Origin: Chrysomallon squamiferum
Taxonomy: Eukaryota > Animalia > Mollusca
DNA length: 64,000 bases
Assembly (NCBI GenBank): GCA_012295275.1
Contig: CM022673.1
Location: 19,158,001-19,222,000 of the forward strand
Direction of reading: 5' to 3'
In this document: positions 26,001 through 39,617 of the stretch, one piece after another
Numbering within the stretch: position 1 is the stretch's first letter
How the letters are laid out: each line of letters starts with the position of its first letter
Position numbers and translations under genes: made by a program
Notes under the pieces: generated by a model
Seen by the model: the letters and a program-made list of their open reading frames with translations, nothing else
Told to the model about the DNA's origin: nothing
Databases searched by the model: none

Positions 26001-29000
26001 ATACTGTTTGACAAAATATTTAGTATGTATGATATGCCATTGTTCTTTATTATTATTATTATTATGTATCATGTGATACTAGAAAACTTCCATATCTTAG
26101 ATACACTAAATTTTCTAAATTTGTGGAGGGTCATGTCAGGTCATTCAGATTGTGTAACAAATTGTTACTTCTATCATATCTGCTCTTTTTATTTTTATGC
26201 CTATTTTTCAACTCCATGGTATTGTTATAAAAGGGCTGGCATTTGGTAAGTAATCAGCAAAGGAAAAGCCAAACAAGAGCTTTGTTAGGCAGGGAGACCA
26301 ATGTTTTTGAATGACACTGCAATTGTCTATTCTTATTTTGATAGGATGTAATGTGCAATTAACCTTTGTCAATAACATTTATTATACCTAAAGTTTTAAT
26401 GTTTAATCTGTTCTCTGTGCAAATTCTTATTTTGTGTTGGTTCCCCATATAACCTGACTTGTATCATTAATCAGAATTACTTAAACATGTGATTTATTAT
26501 TGTATAATGTATTATTATCAAGTCACATGTATATCATAATTAAATAATTAACGTGAACCTTAACTTGTGTTGTGTTTATTTCTCTAGTGATTTATATACT
26601 GTATATACTTGTGTATAAGTCGAATTTTTGGGAGACTATATTAAGGTAATATTTTGGGGGTCGACTTATACATAGGTAATGCTTTTGTAGCTGTTGCTGA
26701 AGAGTCGCCATTTTGACTATTTTTTGCTACGGGATGCATCTAAAATAATCGCGGTCTTTCAACTTTTCAAAAATATAATTTTATCGTATAAATATTTTGA
26801 AAAATTAAATAACAAAACCAAATATGAATGTAAAACATGATATTCTTCCGTTTAATGACATAAAAATACATTTTAAAGCAAAAAATCTGTCAGTACAGCG
26901 TTATGCCTTACGGCGTCTTGCAATGATCTAGGAATGCAGACTTCTCTGCCAAATTGCACTAAATATCGGTCCTAATTTCATAAACAAAACTCACTTGTGT
27001 AATTGTAAAGAATTTGGTGAAATAATATTGCAATTGTCATTAATATCCACTACCGACAAATCGAAAACAAAGTGACGGTGCCTGGAATCTACAGTCGACT
27101 TATACACAAGTAATACCTAAAATGACGCAATTTTTGGTCTTAAAATACACATCGACTTATACATAAGGTCGCCTTGTACACAAGTATATACGGTAGATTA
27201 ATTATTGATTTATATAGTTTGCTGTCAATTTAGCGTTTATATTCCTTGTTAGGTGGCCATTTATGCACCTTGTTACCCTAGGCTGAGCCTTAATAAAACA
27301 TCCAAAATATTTTAAAACTTAAATTAAGCTCCATCAAAGAAAATTTCAACAATGGTCAGATGATGGGTAACTTTTGTTTGCAGTCAAATCATAACAAGAA
27401 CAAAGCTAAGAAAATTATTTTATGTCTGCTTCAGATGACAGACTAATTTACACCTGTGCCTTTAGTTTAATGATTGTATAAATTTTATTGCCTCAAATTA
27501 GTACCTGCAACACCGTTCTGGAATGGGCTCCAAGGATTAGCTGAGCTTATGTATTGCAGAGGATTATAGTTAAATATCAAATGCTGGTAGTCTTTTTAAG
27601 TAACATTTATATAAACTATTTCTGAAAACAGTTTCAACTATTACTTAATTCAGATACGATATTAGAGCTGAAATAGTTAATGTATTATAGGAAGATATTA
27701 CCACTAACCTTGGTCAGCTAGCTTTTTTAATAGTTCTTGCCGTCTTTTCTCAGCCTGTTGTTGCCTTCTTATTTCTTTCTGTCTTTGAATCATTTCACGT
27801 TTTCTCTTTTGTTCTTCTAATAATCGCTTCATTCGCTCACCTTCTTCATCAACAGGCTCATTTTGAACCTGCAGAAAATAAATTCAATTAAAAAAAAAAA
27901 CATTACATTTCTTTTCTTATTTTTTAAGAAGTGGCAGGATTACAGTAACTGTATTTAAGTGTAAACATAGAAACGCTATTGCTCAGGATTTAAAAAAATC
28001 TTCATATGTAACAGTAGTTAAATGTGAAATCATGTTCACTGATTTTGAATTCACGTAACATATTAAGCAAAACTGACATATCTATATTGCAGAAATTCCT
28101 ATCAAAAGCTCCATAAAACTGCTTTCCATTAAACTTTGAAAGTGACACATTTCTTAATGCATCAATGCAAATTTACTTTTATTAAGTATGTAACAAGTGC
28201 TAAGAAAAATTATAAAAATGACCATTTTCTTAACTTTCAGAGAAACAACATAAATGGCTTTTAAATGATTAATAAAAAAATCATACTGCCATCACAAAAT
28301 GTATTTGATATAAAGAAATGACTCTTGTGAAAATGAAACAAGATTTATATATTTTTTTAAATTACAATATGAACAAAAACAAAAAAAAAAGAAATTCTAG
28401 GTTCCCTAAATGAAAAAATATTAAGACTGAGAAGATTTCCTGTTATACTATAGTACAATATTCTGTAACATGATAAAGATAATCCAATAAAATTTATACA
28501 CAATGAGCCAATATTCTCAAAACCATAATACTATTGATATTTATATAATTTGTTCTTGTTACTAGTTTTCTATTATAAACAGCATGACTAGCACTAATAT
28601 TCAATTCATTGAATTTGTTTACTTCAGGCATTTTCTATCCATAAACAGTAACTCCTGCAATGAAAAACGATGACTGCAAAAAAATGTGGATACCTCTGAT
28701 TCATCCTTTTTCATTATTTTTAAAGGACTGGTCAATGTTTCATTCACAGATGGTCTTTTCCTTGCAACAGTATGCTGTGGTGAGGGTGATGACAATACTT
28801 TAAGGTTAGTCTGCCTAACATTTGTATTCTTCTTTCCAACAGGGTATACTTTTTTGTTTTCAAGTCTGATAAAAGAGAAAATGCTTTTTGTTTAAATTTT
28901 TTTAGCACAAATAATACATATTTCTAAGGTAGAGACTGATAAAAGTTAAATTCTAACTGTAATATGTATTATATTGGATGTATCTGAAAAAAGATATTAA

Positions 29001-29837
29001 AAAAGATAAATAAAATAATAATGAAATAGAATTCTTTTATTCTAATAAATCATTTTAAAAATGGTGAATTCTGATTGGCTAACCAGTATTTAGAAATAAG
29101 GAATTTGTAACTATATGATTTAATATGTAGGAATATAATTAACAGATTATAAAAAATAATACAAATAATATTCACATTATTTCATACAGATTTTGATACT
29201 GTCATTGAAAATGCTGATGTTAACTGAAAATTGATTCTAATTATTAACATTTTGTACAAACAACCCACTCATTCAAAATAATCAAAAAATATTTTGCAGG
29301 TGTCAATGTCCTCTGGCTATTTTTATTGTAAATTTGTTTATTTCCTAATTTAATTAAGTAAATGCACACAACCATTACCTATTTGGTATATTGCTTTGAT
29401 CCTTCATGTCAGAATCTAACTGTTTCTGGTTTAGATTTTGAAACTGTTGGAAATGATCTAAAGGGTGATGCTGTTGCTGTTGTTGCTGTGGCTGCTGAAG
29501 CTGTGGATGCTGATGGTGCTGTTGAAGAGGCAGAAGGGGAGGTGGCTGGGGCTGGTGCTGTTGCTGCAGTTGTTGATAACCAGTTTGTTGCTGGAACTGC
29601 TGGATCTTCTGAACTGGTTGTAAGTGTCTGGGTTCAAACTGATGCAGTTGTCGTTGTGCACCTTAATATAATTTAACAACAATCTAATTAATCAACGTTA
29701 TTATTATCCATACAATGTCCAATTAAATTAGTCTTCAGTTAAATTAGTCCAATGTAATTAGTCTTCAGTTTAATGATTAAATTTTTACAAAGAAACACCA
29801 AATAATTTTATTACAATGTAATGTTTTCTCTCAATGG

Positions 29838-29868
<31 letters not shown>

Positions 29869-32306
29869 GCTCCCGCTACATACTGTAAGAGATTGCAGAT
29901 CCTCCACCACCTATGGCTTATGAAAAGTTCACCTGCCATTTGTCAATATCTGCCATCCGTTTATTTAGACTGCATGTCATATCATTGTTTTGCACTTTTG
30001 GGGTCAGTAGTTCACATGTCTTGTCCCTAAACTATTGTGCATGAATTTTAATGATCGCTATAAATTTTTGAACATGCACCTGTATAATAATTTTTAAAAC
30101 AACTTTTTAGAATATTGTCTTCGACCTTCGATCCGCACAATATAAAATTAATTATTATTAACAGTGCAGATTCTCATAAATACAGTATACCCTCACCTGT
30201 TCGCGCTTCCCCATTCGCGGCCCCGCATATTCGCGGGTTAGGCTCTTAACCCTATCGCATCGTATGCTGGTATACCAGGCTAGCGTCATAACGTCATAAA
30301 AACAAATGCTCGGTAAACCGGGTTTTTGTAGGTCATAGAGACTTTTCGAGGGGTATGTCTGTATTTACTCTCTCGAGCAGTTTTTATCGATTGACGTCTT
30401 CATCGAACAATGGCTGGGCTGCTATTGGCTGACTGCATATTATTACTGAATTGTATTATTATTACCTGAACTGTGCGTACTGTATTTATCTGTCTGTTTG
30501 CCTTTAAATTTGTTCCACTTTCTGTCAATTCTAATACATATGTTGTACGCATAGAAAATGACTTCACGGTACAGTAATACAGTATGGGTAACTATGCTAT
30601 GCGGTGTTACTGTCCTCCTGTACTTACGTTTCTTTCTGATTAAAATATTGTTTCAGTACAAAATTAAAATGTGTTTACATTATCATTACTACATTAGTGA
30701 AATACATAACTGCATGCAATATTACTACATTATTACTGTATTAATGAGTAAGAGTGTCTTTAGAAAGTGTTTGGGAAGCATTTAGTACCGTATATAATCT
30801 CATAATAGATGTTTTAAAACTGCATCCAATATTCGCGGTTTTTCGCTATTCGTGGGGGGGTAAAGAACGTAACCGCCGCGAATAGCGAGGGAATACTGTA
30901 TTCATTATCGTACTGCACAGTGATTTTTTACTTTAAGAGCAATGAAAATGATCTCACATTTCTCACATACACGAACATGTGTATGTATGTGTATATATAT
31001 GGGTCATTCCATGTCAAATCACTCCCCCATACATTTTTTAAACCTGACCGTCTCAGATTTTTATGAAACTTGGTATACTTGTAACCTTAGAACCCTCATA
31101 TCTCAGGAACTACTGGGCCAATCTTCATAAAATATGACAAGGATTCCAAATCTGCCATTTTTGTTCAGTTTGGAAAATATTGGGGTACATTTACCTTTTG
31201 ACCTTTGCTATGACCTTGAAATTGACCGTGTGGATCACGTGACCTTGAGATGACCTTTATTTAAATTTAATCTCCCACATGTTAACTAAAACATATAAAA
31301 GTTTCCTGGGTGTAATATTTTTTGTTTAGCCACAATATGGATTTAAAAAATGCACATACATGAAAATAACACCTTTTCAGCCATTAACATCTGATTAACT
31401 AAAACCTGAATGATCAATTCTGGATGCTAGGAATCACCATCTTTCTTGATCATTGAGTAAGACATTGTAGGCCTACATGTATACATAAAGTTCACATATA
31501 AAAGTTTCCTGGGTGTATTATTTTTTGTTTAGCCATAATAGAGATTTAAAAAATGCATACCTGCATTGATGATTGATACAATGGATTACAATGTACATTT
31601 TCTCACAGGTCATAAAATGGCAGCAGAGTACATGTGTTATTGCCAAAGGCCCACAAGTCTTGGGCATTTATGTCAATCTTCTCAAGCATAAATCACAGTT
31701 TATTAAGGTGAAGGTAGACCTTGTTCATACTCTGTGCTGAAGACTGGGTGTACAAATACATAATGCAGTACATCACTTGATGACGTCTGATTTCAGACTG
31801 GGTTGTACTGTTGTTGACTGAAACCTTGTTCAAGCATTATTTATCTAGGATAACATAATTATTATAAAGGTGCATGTTCAAAAATGTATAGTGATCATTA
31901 AAATTCATGCACAATAGTTTAGGGACAAGACATGTGAACTACTGACCCCAAATGTGCAAAACAATGATATGACAGGCAGTCTAAATAAACGGATGGCAGA
32001 TACTGACAGATTTGTCATATTGCCTTTTCAACAACACCAATTTTATGAAGATTGGCCCAGTAGTTCCTGAGATAAGAGGGTTCTAATTATACAGATACTT
32101 TGACTTTATATAATTGCAAATAAAATAAACTTGTTAATAGTTAATGCATTTGATGCAATTATTTATAGGAGTATTTTTGACAAACAAGTAATTTGAACAC
32201 TGTTCAGAGTACTTGCAACACGAACATTTCCAGTACCATCCCTTTGTTTAACGTGCACCAATTTCACCGATTCCTGCCATCCCTTTCACAAAAGCTGGTG
32301 ACACCA

Positions 32307-32344
<38 letters not shown>

Positions 32345-35300
32345 AAAAAAGTAAGTGGAGAATATTTATCATTATAAAATAATGACTAACCTTGCATTTG
32401 TGGTGGCCTGTGCTGTTCAAATTGCTGTCTTTGATGCATATGTTGTTGAGGATTCATTGTAGGAAATCTTGGATTATTATTAAAAGGTCTTTGAGGCAGG
32501 TTCTGAGGAAGCTGCATGGGATTAGGAATGAATGGAAATTGCCCTGCAGGAGCAGACTGAGGTGGACGCATTTGCTGTTGCATCAAAGGTCTTGTACCAG
32601 GAACTATCCCTGGTGGCTGTGAAGGTATCTGAGGTGCAAGATGTCTTTGAGGATAATGAGAACCTGCTGCTGGCTGCTGGGGCTGGTGCTGTAGCTGACT
32701 GAGATTGACTAAAAGAAAAATATTTTAAATGTAAAATTTTTAAAAACATCCTTCAACAATCTGGCTATTATAAATGAAATAATCAACAAAGTACTTGGTT
32801 AACATAATCAAAGGTTAACATTCTAATTTATATGGTATTGAACTGAATAGATCTGAACTCTCATTTTTCAGACACAAAAGTATAATTTGGTACATTTGTC
32901 TCAAAATGTTACAGTCACTGGCTGTACACAGGATTAAAATGCTTATCTAGAAATCTGCTGTGCAAGTTTTTAAAACTATAAAAATACATAAATGTGGGTT
33001 TTTTTAACTTTAAAAAAAATAACAATAATCATATACTAAGGCTTACATAATACACATTATTAATTCACACAATGTTTATCAGCATATAATTCTGAGAGAT
33101 CTGAACATGGTCTTATGCTTATGTAGCACATTTATACTGAACACAATTTTACTAAGGTCACATTAAAATACAAATAAACCTGAGTTTGGTTGTGTTATCT
33201 GATGCTGTATTGGAGTTTGATAATTCTGAAGAGGAGGTCCATGCTGACTGAAAGGTATCTCGTGATGTGGAGGACCCTGTTGGAAGTGGCTAGGATAAAC
33301 AGCTGAAGCTGTTAAACACACATAAAGATGTTAAAAATTTAGTCATTTATAACACACTTTTACTATTATATGGTCTTATCAATAAGTTTTATCATTGAAA
33401 TTTTAATATCTGAGGAACTGATTACTGAAAATGTTGTTAAATTTTGACCAACACTGGAAAAAATTCTTAATTGTCATGACTAGGATAAAGAATACCTTAG
33501 GCATATTATCATTTGCATTGTATATTATAGAAATGGAGTAATGTATTATTAACAACTGAGAGTTTACAAATAACAATGCTCGACTTACCCTGATATGGTT
33601 CTGATGCTGGGATATTAGTTATTTGATTGTTATACTGGGAAACTGTATGCTGAGAATGCTGTTGCCATGCCTCAGGAATCTTGAAGGAAAAAAAAGAATT
33701 GTTGAAAGTATGCATGTTCTTTAATAAAGATTTAAAAAGAAAAAAGTTTGTTTACCTAACATTACAAATTATTTTACACAAAATATGTTATATATAGCAT
33801 TTCCACATAATAATACCTAGATAATAACCACATAATTCAGGATTCAGCTTTTAAATGCTAAGTAAGCTAGGTTACAGTTGTAAAATTAGACTATAAAAAT
33901 CAAATATAAATAAGGCTATTCTAACATTTGCAGGTACATTTTTATTTATTTGATTCTTTGATTAAGAACAAAATTAGTCTTAATATTTATGACAACTATA
34001 TTTTGAAAATATAAATTTATATCAGAGTTGTCCAAGACGAGGTTGATAAAGAAAACAAAATACTAACTAATATTTGGGACACTGCAGGGCTTTGAAGTGA
34101 AAAAGAGCTTAAAAAATATCATGGCATCTCCAGTCTCTTCTACTTGTTTTTATATTGTTATATAAATGTAATATAACATATGTAAAGAAATGTTTTTCTA
34201 TAATAATAATAATATAAATATCTATACTGACTATTTTTGATGTACTCCGAGTCATATTATCTACTGGGTTTTAACTCCAAACTGTAAGACTTTCCTCTAT
34301 TTTTGTTAATTTGGAGTAGATTAAAGCATTAATCTGTCTCAGCTACTTATGGATACATCTGAATAAAGTTAGCATCACTAAAAAATGATCTGGACAAGAA
34401 GGCATTATATATGAATAGTCTTTCCTGCATCCTTCAATGTTAAAAAACCCACAAAAAAAGCATTAAGAATTATAACTAGTATTAATAATGCTGGATATAA
34501 AAAAAAAAAAAGGGAACAAGATCCAATCAAAATAGACACATCAGAAGACTTAATATATGATTTCTTCTTTTTCTTCTATTTCCCCCTCCATCTAACTATG
34601 AAGAAAGAAAGTCATAGAAAAGTATTTATTCTTCCTTTGTAATGCCTTCTCTTAACAAAATTCTATTAAAATCATTAGGTACATCAGAAGATTTATTTAT
34701 TGCTAGCTTCCATTACATAGAGTAAGTGTAAAAAACAAAAACTAATACTGAATACAAGCCAAAAAACTTAGAAAAAAAATAGCAAAACCAGACACCAGAA
34801 TGTTTTTAAACAAAAGATAAGATTCTAAAAGAAAATGCAAAAGTGGAAACTGCAACTTTATTAATTTATCTTGACTCTGACGCTGCCAAATTTTTAATAT
34901 ATAATTTGAAAGAATAAATAAATAGAATAAAATAAAAATAGATAAATGGTAAAACAAAATTCACAACATATCTAATACCCACTAATGAGAAAAAGCTACT
35001 AAAGACAGTGGACATTGAAAACTTCTAATTTTGAATTATCTCGATTTAGTGACAAATTAGCTTTCTTGTATGAGTCTCAAATTGTTTGACTGATTGGACC
35101 TAAACATTTCTTCTTTTTCTTAAATCACACCTGTGTAACCATTGTTACAATTTTTAATTAGGTTTATTTCAATGTCCTGAGTTCAGCAAATTCAAATTTA
35201 AGATCCATATTTAGGCTTTATCAGAAATTTAATAACAATACTTATCACACAGTAACATGCATTTTTAATAATCAACATTATAAAATGAAACACCGGAGTA

Positions 35301-38300
35301 ATGTGTAATACAATACTAACCATCTTTTGTTTGATAACTGTTGTTGGAAAACTAACAAACCAGATATGGCAATGTTGAAATCAACCAATTATGATTTTGT
35401 TTCAAGAGATATGAATAATGGATTTATAAAGTTGAATATGTAAATAAGTAAGATGAACTGTATACACTAGGCTTAGTCTTTAACTTTATGACATTATCTG
35501 GTTGGAAAAAAAAAAGATGAAAAAATCAGTTGTTAAATCCAATTTAAGATCATTTTATAATCTTCCTCAGGAATATGTTTTAAGGCCTTGAAAACTATCT
35601 GACCAATAAAAAACATTTTAAGATTTCTTAACATACCTGCATGAACTACTATTGCTAACTAAACTAAGTTCGCTGTTGACTGTATGAACAACACTGGGCA
35701 CTACAGACTACATTTCAGTATAAACTGTACTGATAAAAGATATAATTTGTTTTAATGAACACTGATTACAGTATCATGATATATAGCAATACACGATAAA
35801 GATTTTCCTTAATACTTCAGTCAGATTCACAGAATTACTGAATATCCAAACCTATGCTGATTCAAGTAAAATAATCATAGAAAATAAATTTGTCCTCATA
35901 CAACTAAAATAAATGAATAAAAACTTAAATCTTTCTACAATTTGAAAAACAGATAAATAAAAATAAAAACCTGTGTTCTAGGTGGTGGCATTCTGGATGG
36001 CTGCTGCAAAGTTTGTGTCACTGCTATATTCTGTTGACTAGTCCATGATACTGCAGTTGATGCTTGAGAGGGCCATGCTACTGTTGATGTTACTTGGGCA
36101 GTGGGACCCTTGAAGTGTGGATTCACATGGATTTTCCGTGTTTTGATGTGAGGAGGTTCATGCTGAGAACCTGGTATCAGTTGTTGTGGTGAAGAAAGAA
36201 GGCCACCAGATACTGGTTGAAAATGTCTTGGCTGACCTGAATTAAAATGATTACCCAGAGATGAAAACTGGCCCATGTTCTGTCCACCTCTCTGTCCTTT
36301 CCTGCCCCTTCGGCCAAACTTCTGATTTTGTCTGTTGGCTAAGAACTGTTCAATTTCATGTTGCTGTTCTTCACTAATTTCTAAAAGAAATAATACATAT
36401 ATTTATATATTTTATAAAGTCACAAAACAAAATTTATTTGCTGTTTTATCTTATTAATAAAGCAGCTGTGAAATCTGCTAAACTAGTGATCAGACATGCC
36501 ATATGAAATACCCGAACTACAGACCATCTTGCCTTAAGCCACATACTGAAATCACCGAGCTGTAGTCTGCTTCACATACTAGCACATTATACTCACTATA
36601 ATGAACTGAATGTTATTCCATAATTCATAAATCATCTAATTATATATTAATATAAATGCTGGAGGCACACACAAATTCTGTCATCATTTATAACATAGGT
36701 AGTTTCCTATTCAATGACAATCAACAAATCTTGATTGCTTAACCCAGTGAATTTTTATTTAACAAATTAACATCTTTGTTATAAATATCCACTGTATTTC
36801 TATATCATCAAATAGTCTATTTCGTCTTCAATATCTTTGATTTACAAGTCCTCAGCTGACATCTTTCCAAGTCTTAAGAATTACTCCAGGTTTGCTTTGG
36901 CATAAAAAAAAAAGCAATCAGTTTATGACAGATGTTCATGCTAAAAGGCAAAAAAACGCAACTACCTTGCCGTGAAATAGCTGATGACTTATAGCATACA
37001 GAAGAGTTTACCTAAGGTATCTGGAATATCTGTACGTTTCTTTACACCTGACACTGTGCTGATGGTTGCTCTTTCAGATTTGAATCTTCCTCTACCCTTT
37101 TCTTCATCATCATCACTTTCACTGTCACTTTCACTTTCTTCACGATTGGTAGATCTATTTTCCTGTAAAAGAAAAAAAGATTTAATATCCAGTAATATGA
37201 ATCAATACAGTAAAAAATACAGAAACATAAAATGGGAAATATGTTTGATTAATAAAGAACAGGTTAAAGTAGTATTGGTATAACCTACTTTAAAATACAA
37301 TAAAATCTGATGAATTTATTTAAAATTCACTAGAAACAGCAGAGCAGAGAAAACTCATGTCTGAAATAATGAAAGTTATCTTACCTATGCACTTAAAATT
37401 ATTACAGTAACCATACCACTATAATCAAATAAAAACATTTAAATATTTTAAATATATTTGTCATTCTCTGCATCATAAAATTTATTTTAAAAACAGAAAA
37501 AAGATTTTAAAAAAATAGCCTTTTATCTGAATTTTTCACAAATTAAAAGAAAGAATACAGTGGTACCTTGACTTACGAGTTTAATTCGTTCCGTGACCAA
37601 GCTCGTAACTCAATGTGCTCATATATCAAATCAATTTTCCCTAATGAAATGAACTGAAATACAGTTAATCTGTTCCAGCCCCCCAAAAACCACCCCAATC
37701 TTTTTGTAATGTGTTTTTAAATAAGAAAAATGTATGCATAAATAACAAATATTGTAAAAAAAAACAAAATAAAAGAGAATCTAAACATATAAAGTGGTTT
37801 TGTAAAGTGTACAAGGTTAGGGTTTCTCCATCTTTTCATGGACAGAGGTCAGCAGCGTAGATATTATTTTAACACTTTTGGCTGGAGTTATAGCTTTTAT
37901 CGATTCCTTCTGCTTCAGCATGGTACATATTGTAAAAGTACTACGTCATACTGCCTAGCCATACTGACTACAATCACACCTTGCTCATATTTTTCTATGA
38001 TTTCATGCTTTAATTCAATGGACATCATCTGCTTCTTCTTCTCAGCACTGTCCTTTGCATTCACTTTCTTAGGATCCATAGAAAGTTTGCAAAATACTGG
38101 ACAAAATGTGAGCACAACACAACAGAGATGCTTCCATGGTGAGGTAACCACATGAAGAAAACAAGTAAGATGCGGAATGCTTGGCAGTTGTTGTGATGTT
38201 CGTCTAGTAGCAGCATATCTGAAGCTCACTCTTAACTCAGATGTTGGCTTGCAACTCAAAGGAAAAAAGTGACCAAATGGCTGCTTGCAACTTGAAAAAC

Positions 38301-39585
38301 TCTTAAGTTGGAGCACTCATAATTTGAGGTACTACTGTATTTTATTACTTTTTTTAATAATAATAAATATTTTGTGGGGCTTGAATTGCTATTTAATTAT
38401 TAAACTATTTAATTATGATCTTCAATAAAAAATAAATGTTAACAAATTATTTTTAATAATTTAAAGAAACAAGATAGACACAGGGGTTTACACAAAAGAA
38501 GCTTTAGCTAGAGAAATGCCTGCAAAATCTAATTAATCATCTAAAGCAAAAAACAACTCTCAAATACTGTATTTCTATCAAAAATAAATAAATAAAACAA
38601 AATAAAACAAAATTAAAAATTAAAAAAAAGATAAATAAAAAAATAAATAAATACAAATAAAAATGTCCAGGCAAATCCTATCTTTTTAAACTCTAGTCTG
38701 AGTATCTCTGGCAGACATCTGGATGGATACTGCTGGTTCTCTGCCAGATAGGTCAATACTTTACAGCTAGTATACTCATTTAACAATAATGCTGACTTTA
38801 AATTCCTTTAGATCCGTAATTTTTGAGTTCATTGGTATCATTTAGTTGTACATGCACACAGCACAAAAAGAAAGTCAAGACCCCCATCATGACTTGGTTA
38901 TTTTCAGATATGTTGAATTAACCTAACTAGTTACATAATCATCAGCTGATTAAGACTGGAATACCAGTGATATCCTCCATATATCTGTCTAAGCTGTACT
39001 TTGTCAGAGGATTCTCAAGGTATCTAAACTTGGTTCCACAACTACTGATTCTTTATATTCTGGAATCTGGATTATTCTGTATTTGGTAAAGTATAATCAA
39101 CCAACCTCTTCTTGAGATGTACTCAGTAATTCTTCCACTGTGTCAGTTTGTTCAAATTGTTCAACTGACATGCTTTCATTTACTGCTAACTGACCATTTT
39201 CATCTTCAAACTGTCCTTCCAACTGTTCAGTTTCTACAATCTCATTTGCCTCATCTTCTATCTGCTCCTCTATAGATACAGCATCTTCTGCAGCTAGTAT
39301 GTCAATATCTTCATCAGCAGTTATACCAATATCAATGACATCCTGCACAAAAATGAATAAATACAAAAAAGAAAACAAACAGCCAAATATGATTTGTAAA
39401 GCGTAAAATTTTAAATATAAAATGTCTGATTAAAATCAGACTGTTAGCACATACTTTAGGTTTAAGCTCATATATTTCCTTGTTAACAATATGATAATAC
39501 ACTCGGTAGAACATTTTTAGCAATAATAAAAAATATATTTGATTTACAATTTTTACTCACCTCTGCATCTTCATCAGTTCTATAA

Positions 39586-39617
<32 letters not shown>

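Noticed and set aside
27869-28693. RBM33 intron with donor GTATCCAC as a second U12 intron
   Set aside because: Positions +7/+8 deviate, and the 3' end has an ordinary pyrimidine tract with no TCCTTAAC branch site.
29362-29676. Ala/Val-rich plus-strand ORF
   Set aside because: Antisense shadow of a Gln-rich RBM33 exon.
36485-36580. GC-richer intronic patch as a possible snoRNA
   Set aside because: Only a 7-bp stem and a CTGA; no box C or H/ACA layout could be assigned.
38985-39100. Possible extra RBM33 coding exon
   Set aside because: Stops in all three minus frames; exons ending 39106 and starting 37162 already join in phase.
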